A DNA stretch of 63,006 nt, counting the filler, from Octopus bimaculoides (Eukaryota): NCBI RefSeq assembly GCF_001194135.2. It is 5 parts of 5 records of this genome, joined end to end, with 100 filler letters (N's around TTAATTAATTAA, not from the genome) between each part and the next. Parts side by side here need not be neighbours in the genome. Positions count along the whole stretch, not along the records: positions 32,298 to 56,342 come from NC_068990.1; positions 56,443 to 59,466 come from NC_068986.1; positions 59,567 to 63,006 come from NC_069005.1; 2 more parts are not named here. One strand, 5' to 3'. Position 1 is the first letter of the stretch; the number at the start of each line of letters is the position of its first letter. Both the position numbers and the translations under genes were made by a program. The notes under the pieces are model-generated. The model did no database searches, was not told the origin of the DNA, and saw only the letters and a program-made list of their open reading frames with translations. Positions 50,351 through 62,034 of this stretch are shown here, one piece after another.

Positions 50351-50827
50351 GTAAGTCAAATTTTCTCTCTCTCTCTCTCTCTCTCTCTTACACACACTTC
50401 ATCTCCTGCCTCTCTCTCCTCTTCTCTCTCTCCCCTCTCCTCCTCCACCTCCTCCTCATCTCTCTCTTAGTTGACTGAAGATTCTCACAACTACCATTTG
50501 TTGTGAAAGAGATTACTTTAATTAGATGTGTAACTATGGAGATTTGTGGCAGAGTTTTGCCTCTTTCTTAGAGAATAACAGTTGCATTTCTTGAGTAAAC
50601 ATTGTCAGATTCTCGTTTATATGGTAAAGAATATTTTGGTAAACAAGACTGATAGACAGTAGGGTGGTGGTTGGTGCTATTCTCAGCTGTTAGCAAGATT
50701 TTAACCATTCCACAGTCATATTGTCAAATTACCAGTCAGTTTGATAACTCTCAAGTAAAAGTATACAGAATTATATTGAGTTTGCATGTTACCTTGATCA
50801 GTGACACTAGAGAGACACAAGATGGTT

Positions 50828-50985
50828 ACCTGAGATGGGTACATTGAGGCACTGGAGAAAACTTGAGTTGGCTATATTGTGATTCTAGGGAGACCTGAGC
50901 TAGCAACATTGTGGTTCTAGGAAAACCTGAGCTGACTATATAATGTTATTAGAGACCTGAGTTGATTATATTGTGGTACTGGGAA
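50828..50985 (+). repeat. Degenerate minisatellite, about 32-bp unit, about 5 copies
   Basis: Units of the form ACCTGAG.TG.CTA.ATTGTG.TTCTAG. Confidence 0.7.
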
Positions 50986-51209
50986 GTTTCAAAGTGACTT
51001 TGGCACAGAAGTTTTAAAATGTGAGCATTTCTGTTGTCATAGTAATGAATTGTGTTGGTGGTAGGCATGTAATCATTGATGAAGATTAGTAAAAGAGCTT
51101 GGGAGATAACATATCACTAGAGGACTCTATGATTAATGAAAATAAAGGACCAAGAGATGTTGGTGATAGTCCTGATGACAGTCACTGTTATAGATGTTTG
51201 TCTTTTCAG

Positions 51210-51314
51210 GCCTATACTGCTGGGTTAATTGGTAAGAACGCTTGTGATTCTGGTTATGATTTTGATGTATTTGTGCACCGGGGTGCTGGAGCCTATATAT
51301 GTGGTGAAGAAACA
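51210..51314 (+). CDS. NDUFV1: NDUFV1 coding exon 7
   Basis: [35 protein letters not shown]. Confidence 0.97.
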
Positions 51315-52190
51315 GTAAGTAAATTTTCATTCCTGGATATTTTATTGTTTTTGTTTAAAGGGCAAAGCTAATCTTTGTGTGAAGATGGCAGGGTTTACTA
51401 GATGAAAGTGGACTTGGTTTATTAACCCTTTAGCATTTAAACCAGCCATATCCAGCCCAAATATTCTACCCGTTTTATGTTGTAACTGGTCAAATCTGGC
51501 CTCTCACACCTGCCTGATAGTGTCATTTTAAAAATAGACAATCACATCATTGCAGTTTCAAAGCTGTGAGATAATGCATGATTAAATCCAAACTATGTGA
51601 TTAAATAAGTAAGTTTGGCAGAGTAATCTGAATGCTAAAGGGTTAATGCTTTTGCTTTTATTTTCTCTTGATGGATAGAAAACAAACTGAACCATTAGTT
51701 TGTTGCCTAAAGAAGCCTGTTAAACACTAGTATCAGTCAAATTAACCCCAGTGTTTTAGTTTATTTTGTTTTATTGAAAACTAGAAAGATGAAAGGCTGA
51801 TAAAGGTAATATCTGGCACATGTACTAGGGTTGATTATATCATCTGTATGTCTTTCCTTGCAGATTTGTGACAATGTTAGAAATCATCATCATTTTATCT
51901 CTGCTTTCCCTGCTGGCATAGGTTGGATGGGTCTCACTGTCTAGTTCAGTTCTTATTTGGAGTTATTGTCCTTATAGAAGAGTCATAAGACCACGTCTCA
52001 CTCATATGGTTTCTAATGCTAGATGCTCTTCTTAACACTTACCACATTACAGTTTCTATTCAGTATGTTTTACCATGGCACCAGCACCAGAGAGGTTGTC
52101 ATGTCATGTCCTTCAGTAGTATTTAAGAATCCTTTCAACCCTATCATGTCTCCACTTGTTTGACATTATTATTAACAATGTTGTGAAATC

Positions 52191-53270
52191 AGCAAGCTGG
52201 CAGAATCACTAGCATTTCTCCCAACTTTACAGTCTGAGTTCAAATTCCCCCAAGGTCATCTTTGCCTTTCATCCTTTTGGAATCAATAAAGTAAGCACCA
52301 GTTGTGTGCTGGGGTTGTTGTAATCGACATACCTGCTCCCTCAGACTTGCTGGCCTTGTGCCAAAATTTGAGACCAATATTATTACTATTATTACAACAA
52401 GGGTTGCGGATTGGCAGAATTATTAAAACATTGGAAAAATGCCTTGTGGTATTTGCTTTCTATTCCTTATATTCTGAGTTCAAATCTCACTGCAGTCATC
52501 TTTGTCTTATATCTTTTGGGATTGATCAAATAAAGTACCAGTCAAATACTGCAGTTGATAGTATCGACTCACCACTGCCCTTCAAAATTGCTGGCCAAAA
52601 TTAGGAACAGTTGTTATTATAATGGTGATGAAGGCAGTGAGCTGGTAGACTCATTAGTACACTGGATGAAATACTTCTCAGTATTTCACCTGTCGCTCCA
52701 TTCTGAGTTCAAAGTCCACCGAGGTCGACTTTGCCTTTCATCCTTTCAGGATCGATAAATTAAGTACCAGTTGTGTACTGAGGTCAATCTAATCGACAGC
52801 CCCCCCCCGTCCCAAATTTCAGGCCTTATACCTATAGAAGAAAGAATTATAAGGCTGATGGATTGATGGGAGCATTAAAAAAGTGTCATCTCATCCTCTA
52901 TATTCTGATTTGAAATCTCAGTAAACTCAGCTTTGTTTTTCATTCTTCAGGGTTAATAAAATGAAGTACCAGGTAGGTACTTGAGTCAGTGTAGTTATTT
53001 AACCCACTTCCCTCAAAATTACTTGTCTTTTGCCTAATTTAGAAACCTTATTAAGACAGTGGTGGATTATCAGAATTGGTATAATAGTGGACTAAATGCC
53101 TTATGGTATTTTAATTACATCCATCCTGAGTCCAAATTGCACTGATGTTGACTTCACTTGTCCCCAATTTTGTTTAAATAAAATAAATCCCAGTCAAATA
53201 CTGCAGTTAATTAAAGTGACTGTACCACTCCTCCTAAAATACAGACATGTCTAATTTAAAAATTATTTGT
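52191..53270 (+). mobile_element. Head-to-tail array of five SINE family B copies in NDUFV1 intron 7
   Basis: Units begin at about 52191, 52399, 52631, 52849 and 53052. Each has the GAGTTCAAAT-like core, AAGTACCAG-like segment, CAAAATT and an ATT tail, and the copies are mutually diverged. Confidence 0.8.
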
Positions 53271-53355
53271 TTTTTGTAATTACTATTTTTTTGCCATCAT
53301 ATATGTATACAATGTTTCTTCCATCTTACTGAGCCTTATATTTTCGTACTTGTAG

Positions 53356-53541
<186 letters not shown>

Positions 53542-53889
53542 TGATTTCTTATATTTAATGTCTGAGTGCAGGCATGACTGTGTGGTTAAAAATTTTACTG
53601 TGCAACTATATTGTTTTAGGTTTAGTCATGCAACACAGCACCTTAGGTTAGTGTCTCTACCATATCCTTAAAACAACCTAAACTTTGTGAGAAAATTTGG
53701 TGGATAGAAAACTAAGGTGGAAAACTGTAGGAGAGATAGTAACTTAATCAATTGACCTCACTTAGCTCTTGTGGTTACCTTTAGTGGAGTCCACCCTGTT
53801 GCAAGCTTTCAGGCCATCTCTCTAGTTTGAGAATAACTTCCTCCTGAAATAGATCATAGGTTCTCTCTTTCCTTATGGAATCACAGCAT

Positions 53890-54170
53890 GGTTAACAGAA
53901 AGTAGTCTTTGTGTGCAGTTGATGTGCAGGTACGATGAACACTAAGGATATGCAGGAAATAGATTTCCTCAAATGTGCAAGGAATTCCTTGGAGGTAGTG
54001 GACGGTTTTTGTTACCTAGGTGACCAAATTAGCAGCAATGAAGGTTGCTCAGGAACCATAGTTGTTAGAACAGGAACCAGCTGGGAAAAGTTCAGGGAGC
54101 TATTACCTTTGTTGTTCACAAAAGGCCTCTCTCTTCTGAGTGGAATTGGGAGACAGAAACTAGTGTGTGA
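53890..54170 (+). mobile_element. RTE LINE post-RT fragment
   Basis: LEVVDGFCYLGDQISS..GCS...WEKFRELLPLLFTKGLSL. Confidence 0.85.
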
Positions 54171-54527
54171 TTGTTGTTTCATATGTTCCCATTAACAATA
54201 CCTGGATAAAAATGATGTCTTTATTTACAATCTTCAATAAGCAAAAAATTTCACAGTTTTAGCTTTTGATATGTGAGAGCCAGGAGAATGAAAATATCTT
54301 ACTTTGAAAACAAGTATGGTTTGATGACAGGATACTTCACATTAGAATCAAACTTATTACTTGATGGTTATGAAGCAAACTTCTTAATCACTCAGCATGC
54401 CTGTACCATGATTGAATTCATTTTATGAACTAGCTGTTCAATATGGCTGGTTCAGGAAAGCTCTTTTTGCCTTCATTTTGTAACTTTGATGTATTTTCTA
54501 TTCCTGATAATTTATGATATTCTATTG

Positions 54528-54713
54528 CAGTGCTCTGCAACCTTTTTTCACTTGTGGTACATTTATAGTTTTTTCAAAATTCAGCAGCACTCCTGAACTA
54601 AAAATATTACTGAAAGTGTAGGGAAAAAAATTGTGTTCATGTTACACTGCGACAGATCTATCATCATTTTGTGGTACACCAGTGTGCTACAGCATACTGG
54701 TTAAGGAGCACTG
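54528..54713. mobile_element. hAT MITE, 186 bp
   Basis: TIRs CAGTGCTCTGCAACC and GGTTAAGGAGCACTG (12 of 15 match). 8-bp TSD TTCTATTG/TTTTATTG. Confidence 0.8.
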
Positions 54714-54884
54714 TTTTATTGCAAGCAATTGGTGGTATTTTATGCTATTAGCATATTGCCATGGGGAATTTGAGGTGTTTTGTATTGTTTCTATACTGTT
54801 TTAGGCAATTTGTGGTATCTTATGTTGTTGCTATGTTATTTCAGAGAATTTGTGAGGTCTTATGTTGCTGATATTCCATTGCAG

Positions 54885-54950
54885 GCAATTTGCAGGCGAG
54901 GTGGAGAATGGTTTGCTTCATTTGGTCGAGAGAGAAATCGTGGAACAAAG
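54885..54950 (+). CDS. NDUFV1: NDUFV1 coding exon 9 (last exon visible)
   Basis: [22 protein letters not shown]; donor AAG|gtaatt. Confidence 0.96.
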
Positions 54951-55704
54951 GTAATTTTTTTTATTCCTGTCATATTGTGATTGCATGAGATCAGGTTCAA
55001 ACTTTTTCATTTATCAATTTATTTAAAATTGAATTTTTATTAAATGGCTTTAGCAGATGATAGTACTATTAGTTTCCTTGGAAACTGTTCGATGGTCAAT
55101 GCAGTGGACAACATAATACAAGGAACATAACTCTGCTTATTCCACTTCGCCTGCTTGAACAATTCCCCATCCTGATCATCGTTTAACGTCCTTCTTTTCT
55201 GCCAACACGAAAGGAGAATGTATTATGTTGCACACCGCATTAACAGCCGAGCAGTTTCCAAGGAAACTAATCGTACTATCACCTGCTGAAGTCACTTCAA
55301 AAAATTCACAAAATGGAATAAGTTTTTGTGATGTAAATAGAGAGCAAAGAATTTATTGTCCATACAAAAATAGTCATCTCTTATTAGCTGATGCTTTATA
55401 TGCTTAACAATCCTCTTACCTGCCTTACATTCTACTTTCTCTCTTCATGGCACACAAACTTATTTATTCCATAAGATTTATATTTTTTTAGACTTTTAAC
55501 TTCACTGTTACAAATAAAGAGATTTCAATATATTAAATGAAAATTCCATCTTTGTAGATGAGGCTAAGAGGCCACAAAAATTATAATCTCATAATTTCAT
55601 TCAGCTCATCCATTTAAACATTTATTCCATTATGTGAAATGTATTAGAAACACAGCAGGGTATGAGAAACACCAACTTATTTTAGGGTGTATAAAAATAG
55701 GTTT

Positions 55705-56000
55705 CATCTGTCATCTATATAAAGGGCATCAGATGTTGTGGGCAAAAGAGAAGACTGTGCTATGATCATGTGATGTGTATGGATGAGGAGAGCTGCATAA
55801 ATAAAGTGGTGCTGATCTCCAGTTGTGGAGGGAACCTGTGGAAGGTGTGGAATGAAGTGATGAGAAAGGATCTGCAGATACTGGACCTCATTGAGGAAGT
55901 GACAAGGGACTGAGACTTCCAGTGATTTGTTGTATTTTAGTGCCTGCCCAGTAAAACCATCCAACCCATGCCGGCATGGACAACGGACGTTAAATGATGA
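55705..56000 (+). mobile_element. Old RTE 3' end with (ATG)n tail
   Basis: Decayed HVM.MDEES...VEGTCG...WNEV..KDL, then AACCCATGCCGGCATGGACAACGGACGTTAAATGATGAT. Confidence 0.8.
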
Positions 56001-56342
56001 TACCTCGTCGACGAGTGACAGGGACCTTCTCTTTGTGGCTGGAGACTTCAACGGTCATGTCGGACGTCGTGCTGGGGGCTTCCATGGCATACATGGAGGC
56101 TATGGCTTCGGTTCCCGCAACGAGGAGGGAACCAGACTGCTGGAGTTCTGTGATGCAACCAATCTTATGGTCTGCAATACCAACTTCAGGAAACCTGCCA
56201 GTCACCTAGTCACCTACCGCTCCGGCAGACACTCTAGCCAAATCGACTACATCCTCGCCAGAAATAGGGAAAGAGGGCGGCTTATAAATGCCAAAACCTA
56301 CCCTGGCGAAGAATGTACCCCACAACATAGATTAGTAGTTAG
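56001..56342 (+). mobile_element. Younger RTE copy, AP-endonuclease region with open frame, cut by a scaffold join
   Basis: LFVAGDFNGHVG...RNEEGTRLLEFC..TNLMVCNTNF...TY.SG...SQIDYIL...CTPQHRLVV. Confidence 0.92.
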
Positions 56343-56386
56343 NNNNNNNNNNNNNNNNNNNNNNNNNNNNNNNNNNNNNNNNNNNN

Positions 56387-56398
56387 TTAATTAATTAA
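56387..56398. other. Artificial scaffold-join linker TTAATTAATTAA
   Basis: 44 N on each side. Confidence 0.95.
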
Positions 56399-56442
56399 NN
56401 NNNNNNNNNNNNNNNNNNNNNNNNNNNNNNNNNNNNNNNNNN

Positions 56443-56935
56443 TTCTACTCACGACTAGCTAGCGCGGACGCGCGAACTTTCGAGTAATAGATAGATAGAT
56501 AGAGAGACAGACAGACAGACAGACATATAGCTCGCTCCGGCCAGTCATGGTATTAGCTGTCAGTAGCCAAAGAATCGACAGGCAGGCAGACAGACAGACA
56601 AACAGATACTTCACTAGCAGTGAGCACTTTCACTTCTGACAGCTAATAGCATGATAGTGCCCAAAAGTATACGAAGTTTGAAAGTCTTTCCGTACCAAAA
56701 ACACTACGTAAAACATTAATGAAAAATGTGGCCCCCGTTTTAAAATAGATCCTAATTCTTTCAGTCTCCCACAAAAGCTCAAGTGTTTCATTGAAGCAAT
56801 CTTGATGTACCTAACACCACTGAACTACCTCATGATCCGCTATTAAAGTGACACTGTGCGGTGACCATAGCTGAGAGCAGTAGTCCAGAAACAGAGTGGA
56901 CACACACAACAATTTTATCTTCAAAATATTAAGAT
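56443..56935. mobile_element. Probable non-autonomous DNA element (Helentron-like) with internal GATA/GACA repeats
   Basis: 19-bp inverted repeat at 56545-56563 and 56636-56654 around GACA repeats. The class assignment is from recall only. Confidence 0.4.
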
Positions 56936-58234
56936 TCATTTTGTATGTTTGTGTGTCAGTATGTATGCATGCATGCGAGTCCTCCATTTTTCTTTCACTT
57001 TAAACTGCGATATAATCATATCGAATTAAGATAAAAGTCACAGGGTTTTGTCCGGATCCCATAAATTGTGACTTTTTTTTCCTGTGATTTTATTACCCGC
57101 CACCATAAATTAATTGTGACTTTATAACCGGTCACCATCAAATATACACAATCCGAGAGCTATTTGTAGAAAATATCCATTTTTCTGAACATTATAAGGA
57201 AACAAATACGATGCTTCGTGTTTCTTAAGTTTCGTTTAAAGTCAGATTTATAAAAGTAAACAGTAACAGAAAAAGCAAAGAAAAAAGTAATTAGTAAATA
57301 AACAAGCAAACATAAAACAAAAACCTGTATAGACTGCTCTATGGGACACTGGTTTCTCTAAAACTTTTGAAAACTTAAATCACTGACAGAATTATCCAGT
57401 TTAATAAAAGTGTGTTAAATAGAAAATAATTTATCATTAACATTCAGAGAAAGTTCATTAACAAACAATAATTATTGTTAACAGAAAAAATACAAAACTA
57501 GACTTGTGCTGAATTAAAGACAAAACTAATTCTTGTGCTGAATTAAAACTTAAGAAATATTAAAGCTTAATTAGTGCCAAAATAAACTTACAAAAATGTC
57601 CCCAACTGTTAAATGACTTAAGCGAAGCCAACAGTTTTCTTTGATTCTGTATTTGAATATATTTAATAAAGTTTGAAGAGATTTTTGAAACAATATTGTT
57701 GATTATTTAGGTATAAAAAATTGTTATCAAACTAACGCAAAACTTAAGATTATTTTGTTCGAAAATAATCGTAGTAGATGTAGAGTTGAAAATTGGCTGG
57801 CAATCACAATGGTTTGAAAATTCTCTTCCTCGTTGGTTACTTATTGGTAAAGTATTTACTGACTTATATTTCATTATAATTTTTACAAACCAAGCTTTTC
57901 TGAAGCTGGACTGTATTTTTCATTCTGCCTGAATGTAGAAACAACTTTTACTTCCTATTTATTAAATGTGTTCTTTCCATTCGGACAAACTTCTGTCTGA
58001 CATAACTTGATGCTTTATTTCCTATTACAGCAAACAGGAGTGCTAATATGCACAACTGCTCTACATGCTAGAAATAACAGTTACTTTCTTTAAGATGGAA
58101 GGACACATTTGGATAGTGTTGTCATACATATATCGTTAGTGCAGATATCCGAGAAAAAAAAGCACACTCTAAAAGTTAGAGCAATAATATATTTATTATA
58201 AAATTAGGGGAAATTAGATATATATCCAGTCATA

Positions 58235-58296
58235 AGAATGACTAATAGTTTCGCATTCGTGAAACACTTAGCTTTATAGACAACTCGTCAGACTCC
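58235..58296 (-). ncRNA. Minimal type I hammerhead motif with intact core and weak helix II
   Basis: Minus strand GGAGU-CUGACGA-(32 nt, G...C)-GAAA-CUAUUAG-UC^AUUCU. Helix I 4-5 bp; near-palindromic helix III ACUA-U-UAGU; GUC triplet. Confidence 0.55.
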
Positions 58297-58305
58297 AAAT
58301 AATAT

Positions 58306-58809
58306 ACTCTTTACTCTTTTACTTGTTTGAGTCATTTTGACTGTGGCCATGCTGGAGCACCGCCTTTAATCGAGCAAATCGACCCCAGGACTTATTCTTT
58401 GTAAGCCTAGTACTTATTCTATCGGTCTATTTTGCCGAACCGCTAAGTTACGGGGACGTAAACACACCAGCATCGGTTGTCAAGCGAAGTTGGGGGGGAC
58501 AAACACAGACACACACACACACACANNNNNNNNNNCCACTCACGAGGCTTTAGTAGACGGAGACTGAAAGAAGACCGTCGTATATATGTATATATATATA
58601 TATGTTTGTGTGTCTGTGTTTGTCCCCCCAACTTCGCTTGACAACCGATGCTGGTGTGTTTACGTCCCCGTAACTTAGCGGTTCGGCAAAAGAGACCGAT
58701 AGAATAAGTACTAGGCTTACAAAGAATAAGTCCTGGGGTCGATTTTCTCGACTAAAGGCGGTGCTCCAGCATGGCCGCAGTCAAATGACTGAAACAAGTA
58801 AAAGAGTAA
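58306..58809. mobile_element. Head-to-head inverted pair of SINE family A 3' halves
   Basis: Minus copy 58306-58551 (10-N gap inside) joined directly to a plus copy 58552-58809. About 200-bp arms with 7 differences. Confidence 0.88.
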
Positions 58810-59372
58810 GTACACAAATGGGCTGAGGTTCACTACAGCTGTTTCAGACGGTTTTATCATGATGTAATTGATTTGTCCATCAATAAAAAAAAATGCTTCT
58901 AAAACAGCTGTTGTAAGCCTCAATCCATTTGTGTTCTTACTTATTTTACACCATACCTGGAACTTTACCTGTGTTGAGTCTGCAACTTAAAGTGAACCAC
59001 GAGTACATTTGTGATTTTACTCATACATGTATATTTATATCGATGAGCATATTGATCTGTTCATGCACATGTATATGTAGTGGTTAAATGTGTATCATGG
59101 TGAACAGATGCGCTAGGAATGTGTATGCCTTTGAAGTAAACAAATGAGTGAATCGATTCATAATTGAAAATAATTTATTCACTGGACTTAATTTGTTGTT
59201 GGTACACATAATTCTTCACTACATGCAAAATGTTGACAACTGCTACGAGTTGCTAGAAATAGAAACAGGGTACATCTGTAGAAGTGATGTATCAGAAATG
59301 AATATGTAAGGGAAACTGTGTGAACAGGCTCGCGTTGGCTGTACAGATCAGAAGAGCTGTATGAACGAATCA

Positions 59373-59437
59373 ACGTCGGGGGTCACCAATTGTAAGGGAC
59401 GACCGACGTCGGGGTCACCAATTGTAAGGAACGACCG
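59373..59437 (+). repeat. Tandem duplication, 33 bp and 32 bp copies
   Basis: ACGTCGGGG(G)TCACCAATTGTAAGG(G/A)ACGACCG twice; possibly a PPT/LTR-start junction. Confidence 0.8.
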
Positions 59438-59510
59438 TGCGAACTCAAAAAGGAGAAATGGTGACGNNNNNNNNNNNNNNNNNNNNNNNNNNNNNNNNNN
59501 NNNNNNNNNN

Positions 59511-59522
59511 TTAATTAATTAA
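59511..59522. other. Artificial scaffold-join linker TTAATTAATTAA
   Basis: 44 N on each side. Confidence 0.95.
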
Positions 59523-59566
59523 NNNNNNNNNNNNNNNNNNNNNNNNNNNNNNNNNNNNNNNNNNNN

Positions 59567-60355
59567 CGAACAGTCGGGCAAAATGCTGTTGAAAGGCCTC
59601 ACACATTTTACTTGGCACGAGTAATTCGCGCCTCTGTTCATCTACCAGAGACCGAATGGTGGCTTTGTTGCCTTGTTGTGCCTCCGCCACCCGAGCCTCT
59701 CGCGCAGCTCCAACACCTTCGTTCCTTAGAGCACACATCCTAGCTCTGACAACACACCCTTCGTGTTTGGCGTTGAAGTGTTGGATCGAGGGCCAAACTC
59801 GCCGCCAAAACGTCGGATACGATGCCATATCTAATCGCCTCTTCTAGCTTCTTAACTAGGTCACCCTCTACTCTGTTTCTATCTATGGCTAGTGCTTTGC
59901 TATACCTAATCGCTTCTGCTTTTATTGCTCTCTTGAGGGCAAACCACCATTTGTTGTTGATGATGGCTCCAGTCAAAGCCCTCTTTACTAGCGTGCTAAT
60001 CCGGTCTCTGAAAACCTGTCTCGATGGGAAAGACACGTTTAGTTTCCAATACCCGGGACCCTGCCATGTGTTTTATCTAAGTCTAGCGTACACGTCACAG
60101 GTTTGGGATCCGTGTAGCTGACTATGTGGAACTGTGAACACTCTATACTATCTCTATCTACTGTCCTACACAGTATCCTATCTAGATACGATCTCCAAGA
60201 CCCGATGCGGTTGCTCCATGTCCACGTTGGTGCGTTCAGGTGGTCGAGTTGGTGCCTGTTAGACAGTTGAAAGCGTCTGAACAGGTCTCTGAGGCATTTG
60301 CATCTCAGTCTATTCCTATCTCTGCCCACGTAGTCTACATATGTGTCCAAAGTAG
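59567..60355 (-). mobile_element. L1/Tx1-like LINE ORF2 fragment (AP-endonuclease C-terminus and linker)
   Basis: PTWTWSN..GSWRSYLDRILC...VSYTDPKPVTCTL (decayed SDH), PGYWKLNVS, WWFALKRAIK, MCEAFQQHFARLF. Confidence 0.85.
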
Positions 60356-62034
60356 CATTCCCCCACTAAAAGATAGATAGATAGATAAAGGCGATAATTA
60401 TAATCCTGGCTAGCGTAGTGTTCTGAAATCAAGAAGAGATCCGTAAAACTTCGATTAAAATAAAAGTGAGAACTATACAAATCTAAAGCAACATTCAGAA
60501 GGCTTTAAATAAGCCCCACAGAGTGACTAATAAAACTAATAATTTAAATGAAGAAACAGAAGTCAAATTGACATTACAATTGTTTCCTTAAGTAGGTGAT
60601 ATTTTTATTCCATTTCTCATACAATTTTATGAAAATCATAGTGTTATAAAATACATGCCATATTTCATAATACATGGAAATATGCAATAATAATCCTATT
60701 GTCCATCGCTTCCTCAGATGTCATGATTTGAAGGTCCGGCCTACGAAGTGAATATTTTGGGATCATTTAATTTCAGCGTGTCACAATATGTAAATCGGGG
60801 GAACTCAAAAAGCTTTCACTTGATATCTCATCTAAGTTTTGAGACAATTAATGTTAATACAAAGGCATAGGAGTAGTTCAAAATAAAGTCAGTTAAGTTT
60901 ATCTTATATCAAAGCATTAACAATAAAACTACGACCAGCCGTTTAATGATTTTTATGGCAACGACAAGAGACAAGCAAAGAAAGTTTACAATATGAATTC
61001 ACCGGCCCCTTTCTTCTACAATCCCATCTCCACGATGCACCCATCGGCAAACAAAAAGGCACACCAAAATGAATTAGCATCCGCATTCTCTCCCATAATT
61101 ACGATGCTAAAATAACCGCACACATACTATATATATTATACATATAGACACACGCATACGGATATATATATATATATCATTATAAATATACAGGGATTAG
61201 CAATTGAGTTGCTTCTCCAACATACTGAAAATTTAGAAATAGCAGTCAAAGAACTACTGATTCCAAACTACAAATTTTCTCTAAAGTGGATGGCGATATT
61301 TATGGCACNNNNNNNNNNNNNNNNNNNNNNNNNNNNNNNNNNNNNNNNNNNNNNNNNNNNNNNNNNNNNNNNNNNNNNNNNNNNNNNNNNNNNNNNNNNN
61401 NNNNNNNNNNNNNNNNNNNNNNNNNNNNNNNNNNNNNNNNNNNNNNNNNNNNNNNNNNNNNNNNNNNNNNNNNNNNNNNNNNNNNNNNNNNNNNNNNNNN
61501 NNNNNNNNNNNNNNNNNNNNNNNNNNNNNNNNNNNNNNNNNNNNNNNNNNNNNNNNNNNNNNNNNNNNNNNNNNNNNNNNNNNNNNNNNNNNNNNNNNNN
61601 NNNNNNNNNNNNNNNNNNNNNNNNNNNNNNNNNNNNNNNNNNNNNNNNNNNNNNNNNNNNNNNNNNNNNNNNNNNNNNNNNNNNNNNNNNNNNNNNNNNN
61701 NNNNNNNNNNNNNNNNNNNNNNNNNNNNNNNNNNNNNNNNNNNNNNNNNNNNNNNNNNNNNNNNNNNNNNNNNNNNNNNNNNNNNNNNNNNNNNNNNNNN
61801 NNNNNNNNNNNNNNNNNNNNNNNNNNNNNNNNNNNNNNNNNNNNNNNNNNNNNNNNNNNNNNNNNNNNNNNNNNNNNNNNNNNNNNNNNNNNNNNNNNNN
61901 NNNNNNNNNNNNNNNNNNNNNNNNNNNNNNNNNNNNNNNNNNNNNNNNNNNNNNNNNNNNNNNNNNNNNNNNNNNNNNNNNNNNNNNNNNNNNNNNNNNN
62001 NNNNNNNNNNNNNNNNNNNTATATATATATATAT

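Noticed and set aside
50828-50985. About 32-bp repeats (and 59373-59437, 30330-30630) as a CRISPR-like array
   Set aside because: Units are contiguous with no unique spacers, in a eukaryotic intron, with no cas genes.
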